Of a stretch of 41,199 bases of DNA, positions 34,416 through 41,199 are shown piece after piece (position 1 is the first letter of the stretch; each line of letters opens with the position of its first letter). Made by a program: the position numbers and the translations under genes. Source of the stretch: Octopus sinensis (taxonomy: Eukaryota); contig NW_021835309.1 of the NCBI RefSeq assembly GCF_006345805.1, forward strand, positions 1 to 41,199, read 5' to 3'. The notes under the pieces are model-generated. The model made no database searches. It was not told where the DNA came from and saw only the letters and a program-made list of their open reading frames with translations.

Positions 34416-34688
34416 CCACTCAAAAGATGTAGCGCCCCTTGGTTCATTGTTTTCATCACGAGAATCTTCGCGAATTCAACGAGACTTTGTGTTTATCCAA
34501 AATGGAGACGAACACCATTCCTCCATATGATCGGCTTGAAAAATTGTTAAGATATTGAGATATTTTTCTATTTCCCTTATCATGAAACCAACGGTATCAT
34601 TAATTCACAAATAAAGAAATTCTATCCACCAATGTAGTGCTGAGCACTCATTTTCATCGTTCAACATATACATGTGTATGTATGTATA

Positions 34689-34792
<104 letters not shown>

Positions 34793-34888
34793 TACTTACA
34801 CACACACACATACGTACTAATGCCAGCTCGCTGCGGCAGCAGCAGCAATAGTAGTAGTAGTAGTAGTAGTAGTGTAGTAGTAGTAGTA

Positions 34889-34950
<62 letters not shown>

Positions 34951-35734
34951 AAGGCGCGTTGTAAAGGACTAGTGGAGGACAAAATATTCTGAAATAGAAT
35001 ATACTGCGCTCGCAGTGTTTAAGCCTGATTATAAAGATTTATACCTTCGTATATCTTTGTATATTCATCGGAATATATTTATGGTACAAGGAAAGTCACC
35101 TCCTAGTGTGATGCTGTCGAGGTGGTTGTTGTAGTTTTTTTTTTTTTTTCTTCACTGGGTCATCATTTTTGTGGGGTCGATTTGTGAGAAATATGGATGT
35201 TGTATCGTTATTGATTGAATATAAGATCAGGTTGGCTGCGTATATTCCGACACACGCATACTCGCAAATGTTTAACAACAGATTTTATTAATAGAAAATT
35301 ATGCATGTACATATATATTAAATTATCAAATTGTCACTGGTTACAAGAGTAGTATGTAAGACGTGGTTTATCTGTATTTCCTCGGCCATTTGCTATCTGA
35401 AAAGTGAAAGCCAGAAGAGTCCGCCACAAATTGTTATGGTTTTCTTTCCTTCGTTGTGTCATGCTTAAATACTAGTATTTCTCTTATGTGATTTAGGCGC
35501 CAAACTGCCTAACTAGGGAAAATAGGGCATGAATCTTTAGAACATTCGCTATGCTGTTTTGTGACATAGCTACAAGCTGATTGGCTGATTTTTAGGTTGT
35601 CTCCGTGAAATTCTATGATCTGATTGTAGCTTATTCGCGATCCTGAACTGATAATTTTGCGGTTGAATGTAAAAGAAGCAGTTAACAGCGTGGTTATTTA
35701 GAATTATTTAATTCATATATATGAATTCCATTAA

Positions 35735-36000
35735 GGCGCGTGGCCTAATGGTTAGGCTATTGCACTCAGGATCGCCAGATTGTGTGTTCGATTCTTCTAC
35801 TGGATGGCGCGTTGTCTTCTTGAACAAAACTCTTCATTTCACATTGCTCCAGTTCCCCTTCGATCAGGGGGAATTTGTTGGCCTGCTCCCCTAACCAGCA
35901 GAGGTGGTGCCATTTGAAGGCTAAAGCAATTCAAAAACGTACTGTGGCCAGCGATGCGTAACAACATCTGATAGCCTGGTCGGTCACGTGATCACGTGAT
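35735..36000 (+). mobile_element. SINE family C-like, full length, with 11-bp TSD (1 mismatch)
   Basis: A box tggcctaatgg, B box gttcgattc, CORE-like block. TSD atatgaattcc (35719-35729) and atacgaattcc (35999-36009). Confidence 0.8.
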
Positions 36001-36299
36001 ACGAATTCCTGCAGCTATTAAAAGTATTAGTTCGTAATTTCTGTTCAAGATATTCCCAGAGAAGTACAGAATTTCAAGCCAATCACTGGTTACAGGAATT
36101 TACCATATTTTACACTATTAAGTAATGTTATTTTTCTATTGTTATGTATCTCAGGTCAACCTTGTTCGAGCAAGCCAATGATCCAAACTATTCCCGGGAT
36201 GGCCATCCCAGTTTTTACGTGTGGCTAGCTCTACATTTTTAATGTCTATGCTTAATATGGTGGTGTTTGGTTTGAGGGAGATTTGAATTATGCTTGAAA

Positions 36300-36395
36300 T
36301 CTGAACTTAAGCTTATCTTGGCATCGTATTCACGAATGATGGAAAGAAGGAGGCTGAGTTGGATGCTAGAACTGCAGGTGTTGGCACAGTAATGC
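36300..36395 (+). pseudogene. RTE-clade LINE RT C-terminal fragment
   Basis: Translates YLGIVFTNDGKKEAELDARTAGVGTVM, similar to the RTE/Expander KYLGxxFTxDG..ELDxRI motif (from recall). Confidence 0.55.
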
Positions 36396-36467
36396 CACAG
36401 CACCAGCCTTTCATCCTCAGAAGACAGGAGGTTGATTAAAGATAATACCAAATTTCCTACCCTTACT

Positions 36468-36988
36468 TATTCTTTTATTCTTTTACTTGCTTCAGTCATT
36501 TGACTGCGGCCTTGTTGGAGCACCGCCCTGAAGGGTTTCAGTCGAACAAATAGATTTCAGACGAACAAATCACTTTTTTAAAGCTTGGTACTTATTCTAT
36601 CGGTCTCTTTTGACAAACTCCTAAATTACGGGGACGTAAACACACCAACGCCCGTTGTCAAGTGGTGATGGGTAACAAACACAGACACAAGGATACGCAC
36701 ACATAGATACCTAGATACATATATACATATATGGGTGTGTATACATGTATACTTATACGACAGGCTACTTTCAGTTTCCGCCTATCAAATTCACTGACAA
36801 GACATATATATATATATATAATATATATATATATTATATATATATACGACGGGGTTCTTTTCAGTTTCCATCTATCAAATCCACTAATAAGGCTTTGGTC
36901 GGCCCGAGGCTATAGTAGAAGACACTTGCCGAAGGTGTCACGCAGTGGGACTGAACACGGAAACATGTAGTACTGAACCCGGAACCAT
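36468..36988 (-). mobile_element. SINE family A with internal partial duplications
   Basis: The tatacgac..tttcagtttcc..ctatcaaat block occurs twice (~36766 and ~36843), and ctgaac.cggaa occurs twice at the head. Confidence 0.85.
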
Positions 36989-37804
36989 ATATACATACAT
37001 ACATACATACATACATACATACATACATACATACATACATGCATACATACATACATCCACACACACATACATATATACTTACGTATATACATACATATAC
37101 GCATACATATATACATTCTAGCATACACACATACACGTATATATACATATATACATACATATATATAACTACGCATATGCATACATACATGCATTTGTAT
37201 ATGCAAGCATATATACATGCAAACATACATGCATAAGCACATACATGTATAAATGTATCAATACAAGCTTAGATACAAACATACATGCATTCATACAAAC
37301 TCATGTGCTTTGCTATATCAGGTACCCACTTAACGTCAATATAATAGAAAATGTATAAAGAGAAAAAAGACAGCTAAGGATCATTGATTAAGATTACTCC
37401 AAATCCAGTACTCAAATATACATTTTCAGTTTTTCACAGAGCAATGTGACAGAAACCAGTTAGCTTAGCTTAAATTTAGATTGTTAGAAATAGAAACGTT
37501 GCGTTGTAGTTCGTACAGAGAAATAGAGAGAATAGCTTTTTATACTATAATTGAAGTATACGAAAAACACAAGAAATGTATATTATTACTAAAAATGCAG
37601 GTAAAGTCAGGATGTTTTTTTTTTTTTTTTAATGTACAAATATCAATGCTGTACATCTCAGAGCTTGTTATGATACACTTCAGCTGCGCGTTCAAGCTTG
37701 TTTTTGGCTAAATTCTTGCAGAAACCAGGGGCTATCTCCTGAGTCCAAATCATCTTATACTACTTAAATTGGTTAAATGTTATAAGCAATAATTTTTTTA
37801 AAAC

Positions 37805-37912
37805 TCTTTTATTCTTTTACATGTTTCAGTCATTACACAGCGGCCATGTTGGGGTACCGCCTTGAAGTGTTTATTGGAACAAATTGACTCCAGTACATAT
37901 TTTCAAGCCTGG
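37805..37912 (-). mobile_element. SINE family A 3' fragment
   Basis: ttcttttacatgtttcagtcatt..gcggccatgttggggtaccgcc. Confidence 0.7.
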
Positions 37913-37915
37913 TAA

Positions 37916-38620
37916 ATGGGCCTCCAAGGCGGATTTGCCAAGTTCCCAGGTTATCTGTGCCTTTGGAACAGCAGGGCGACCGCAGAACACTACAGAGGCG
38001 GTATTGGCCACAGCGGACCGAGTCCAGTGTGGGGAAGAAAAACATCATATGGGAGCCACTGTCAGGCACCTGAAAGTATTGTTTCCCCCAATGCACATAA
38101 AATAAGGTCTTTTGAAACAGTTTGTTTCAGCTCTAGATCAGGAGTCTGCAGCTTTCAGATATTTTTTCCATAAGCTGTCTGAAGCAAAAGTGAAAGCCGG
38201 TGTCTTCGTCGAACCACAAATAAAAAAGATCTTAGAGTGCAAGGAATTCCTCAAGAAGCTCGCTGAGACGGAGGAATCAGCGTGGAAAAGCTTTGTTGCA
38301 GTGGTTTAAGGGTTCCTGGGAAATCACAAAGCCGTAAACTATGTAGAGCTTGTTGAGATGCTGATGAAAAACTACGGCAAAATGGGCTGCAGAATGTCCA
38401 TGAAAGTTCACATCCTTAACGTTCATCTTGATAAGTTTAAGAACATGGGAGCGTACTCGGGGGAGCAAGACGAGCGATTCCACCAAGATATAATAGACTT
38501 TGAACGCCGTACCAAGGACCGTATAACGAAAACATGATGGGAGATTATATTTGGTCGTTTGTTCGTGAAAGTAATTTATAGTGTTTAAGTGTAAATCGCG
38601 AAAAAGTACTCGCTTCTAAA
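37916..38620 (+). pseudogene. DDE DNA-transposase pseudogene, probably Chapaev (CMC) type
   Basis: Frameshifted GLQGGFAKFPGYLCLWNSR..PPMHIK*GLLKQFV..LSEAKVKAGVFVEPQI..AWKSF..GFLGNHKA..GCRMSMKVHIL..EQDERFHQDI..RRYQG..MMGDYIW. Family assignment is from recall. Confidence 0.75.
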
Positions 38621-39180
38621 TATTTTGTGGCATTTTTCTGCAATCCTAGAATAAATAAATGCCACTTTTGAATTACATGTTGTTTTGATTCGACTTTGAA
38701 TAAATGAGAATGGTATTAGTTAAACTTAAGAAATATCTTTATCCTCGCCACAAAAACAAAGTTATTCATACTTTCTAGATCTAACCAAATAGGAAATAAC
38801 ATTTGTTTCCGAAATACAAAAATTGTGCGCTTTGCTTTGTTTTGTTCTTTGTACGATAATTTTAATGTCTACAACATTGATCTTTCGGATCCTTTTATTC
38901 CAAATCCTTTCCAGTTTACTGATTTTTCCGAACAGGGTGGTCACCTTGATCAACACAACAAGTATTAAATTGACTTAAATACTTTAATGAAATACAGGTA
39001 TAAATGATACAAGTTTAGTATAAATGATACAAGTTTATTTATACTGTGCTGTGCAAGGGACCAGTAAACTCGTCTGGGGGCCATGGGAATTGTAAATTTG
39101 TGCGGATTATAAGAGGTTCTGGACTATCATTGTCCGGATGTCGGTGTTGTACCTATATTATTCATTAGACATTTTGCAAA

Positions 39181-39320
39181 TACGAAGAGTGCTGGAAAGT
39201 TCCTGGCTGTATGGGCATTGCTGTATGGCCAAATCTTCCGAGATCTTTTACAGGTTTTACAAAAACCGAAGAACTGCTCCAATAAGTGCATGAATCTGAG
39301 AGGGGGAATATAAAATCATC
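39181..39320 (+). mobile_element. Possible mariner-derived relic
   Basis: tacgaagagtgctggaaagttcctggct resembles a mariner TIR, and aataagtgcatgaatctgagagggggaatat resembles the transposase KCVxxxGxY end. No right TIR found. Confidence 0.35.
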
Positions 39321-39476
39321 ATTAAGTGATCCTTCTGTATTTTGTATTTTCTTCTACTCCATACCAAGAACTTTTCAGCACCCACCACGTATATGGAAGT
39401 ATCTCAGCCATAGATGCTTTACTCTTAGAGCTGTGTTTTAACGTTGCCCACTACTGTGCTTATGGTAACTCTAGAT

Positions 39477-39856
39477 CATCTCAACCATTTTTACCTATCG
39501 AGTCCTTTCATTACTATTTTACTCCAGTGAACCTCCATAACTATTCAATGCTTAGAAACTTGTTTTCTTGACATTTCTTTCAAAATTCTTATTTCGTTTT
39601 TCACATGTTCCCTTGTATATGTTTGCACCAATACTCTCTGAGAGAACACGTTCCAGTAACTGGAAACATAAAACTATGTAAAACATTAGAGGCAAAAAAA
39701 GATCTATCTGTTTCTTGCAATAAATACATATAAATCACAATTTTTTCATAGACCCCAAAATTAATACTGTAGATCCCCAAGTTACTATTTAACTTGCGTA
39801 GATCCCAACCCCGCAAAAAAAAAAAATCTTATATGGACCCCAGTTTAGAACCGCTG
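39477..39856. mobile_element. hAT (Charlie-type) non-autonomous element
   Basis: Right end ttagaaccgctg, degenerate left end c..tctcaacc. 8-bp flanks ctctagat/gtttagat resemble the NTCTAGAN target. Confidence 0.6.
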
Positions 39857-39990
39857 GTTTAGATCTAAATGGGGATACGACATAATAAAATCATAGTATG
39901 ACTCTCAAGACCTGGCCTACCAAATGATCTATAGATATATGTATATATATATATCTATATATATATAATATATATATATATATATAATAT

Positions 39991-40030
<40 letters not shown>

Positions 40031-40058
40031 ATACACATAAATATATATATACATACTA

Positions 40059-40104
<46 letters not shown>

Positions 40105-40112
40105 ATATAATA

Positions 40113-40155
<43 letters not shown>

Positions 40156-40595
40156 TGATAAAACCAAGACAACTGTCTAGACAACAACAGCAGATACATT
40201 TAACGGAGTTGATATCTTCCTACTACGGAAAGCCAGTTAGTAACATTTTTCGTTACAGATGATAATTCTATGAATTATTAAATATAGATGTAGATTGCAG
40301 TATCCAAAATGCCAAGTAGAATGATATTTCATTATCTATATATCATATGTAATATCAATTAATCAGCTCTGTTAATTGCAAATGTCTAGTAAATAATTAG
40401 TTTTTGTTTATGTATCAAAATATCGAGAAATACAAAATTTTATCTTTATTGTTCAGACGTGACCAGAATTGTATGTAATACACATAGACACTCAAACATA
40501 TACACATGCGTGTGTGTGCGTGTGTGTGTGTGTGTACGTCATACATACATGTGTGTGTACAAATTTATATATATATATATATATATACACCCACC

Positions 40596-40644
<49 letters not shown>

Positions 40645-40670
40645 TACACCCTTGTATAAATATATATATA

Positions 40671-40863
40671 TTTTCTTTTACTTGTTTGAGCCGCTTGACT
40701 GTGACCATGCTAGAGTACCGCCTTTAGTCGAATAAATCGATCGCAAGACTTATTCCTCGTAAGCCTAGTACTTTTTATCGATCTCTTTTGGCGAACCGCT
40801 AAGTTACAGGGACGTAAGCACACTAATATCGGTTGTCAAGCGATGGCAGAGGAATAAACACAG
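40671..40863 (-). mobile_element. SINE family A 3' half
   Basis: ttttcttttacttgtttgagccgcttgactgtgaccatgctagagtaccgcctttagtcg..gaaccgctaagttacaggg. Confidence 0.85.
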
Positions 40864-41199
40864 TGCCTTTTAGCAGAAACAGCTGTGAGCTAATGAAGTT
40901 CATTACGCTATTTCTTGTTTATTTGTCAATTCTATAACTTCGTCTTACTCTCTGTACCCAACTGACATTTCATTCCGAAGTATCTGTACATTGAGTTCGA
41001 ACGCCAGGTTATTAGTATCGTTATGTCTAAGTGAAACTCACACACGCACGCACACACATATATATATACACGTATACATACACATGTATACATACATATA
41101 TACGTACTTACATACATCCATACATACATATACATACACACATACATGTCTACATGCATACATACACGCATACACACATACACATACATACATACCTAC

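Noticed and set aside
34480-34530. DFVFIQNGDEHHSS resembling a Tc1 FxQDxAxxH motif
   Set aside because: Too short, with no flanking transposase signal.
35984-35999. Double E-box palindrome tcacgtgatcacgtga
   Set aside because: It is the slippage-derived tail of a SINE; no independent regulatory evidence.

Overview
This is eukaryotic, AT-rich DNA dominated by microsatellites. The SINE families resemble those I recall from octopus genomes (recall, not a database result). I found no supportable host protein-coding exon. Almost all ORF-track entries are translations of (TA)n, (CA)n, (TATG)n or trinucleotide repeats. The real content is mobile-element debris: several tRNA-derived SINE families, two CR1-type LINE fragments, an RTE fragment, a Helitron helicase fragment, Tc1/mariner and hAT relics, a probable Chapaev-type transposase pseudogene, and two Penelope-like (GIY-YIG) fragments. 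The standout is a 3.2-kb non-coding tandem array (23411-26629) of ~530-bp units. Each unit carries a canonical type I hammerhead ribozyme (CUGAGGA core, GAAA, GUC cleavage site), and an inverted partial unit precedes the array. This fits a Penelope-mobilised retrozyme-like element that could yield ~530-nt monomeric or circular RNAs. At least seven more hammerhead or hammerhead-like motifs occur elsewhere, most next to (TA)n tracts, including a foldback element with two divergent hammerheads. All folding was done by eye, and boundaries of degraded elements are approximate.
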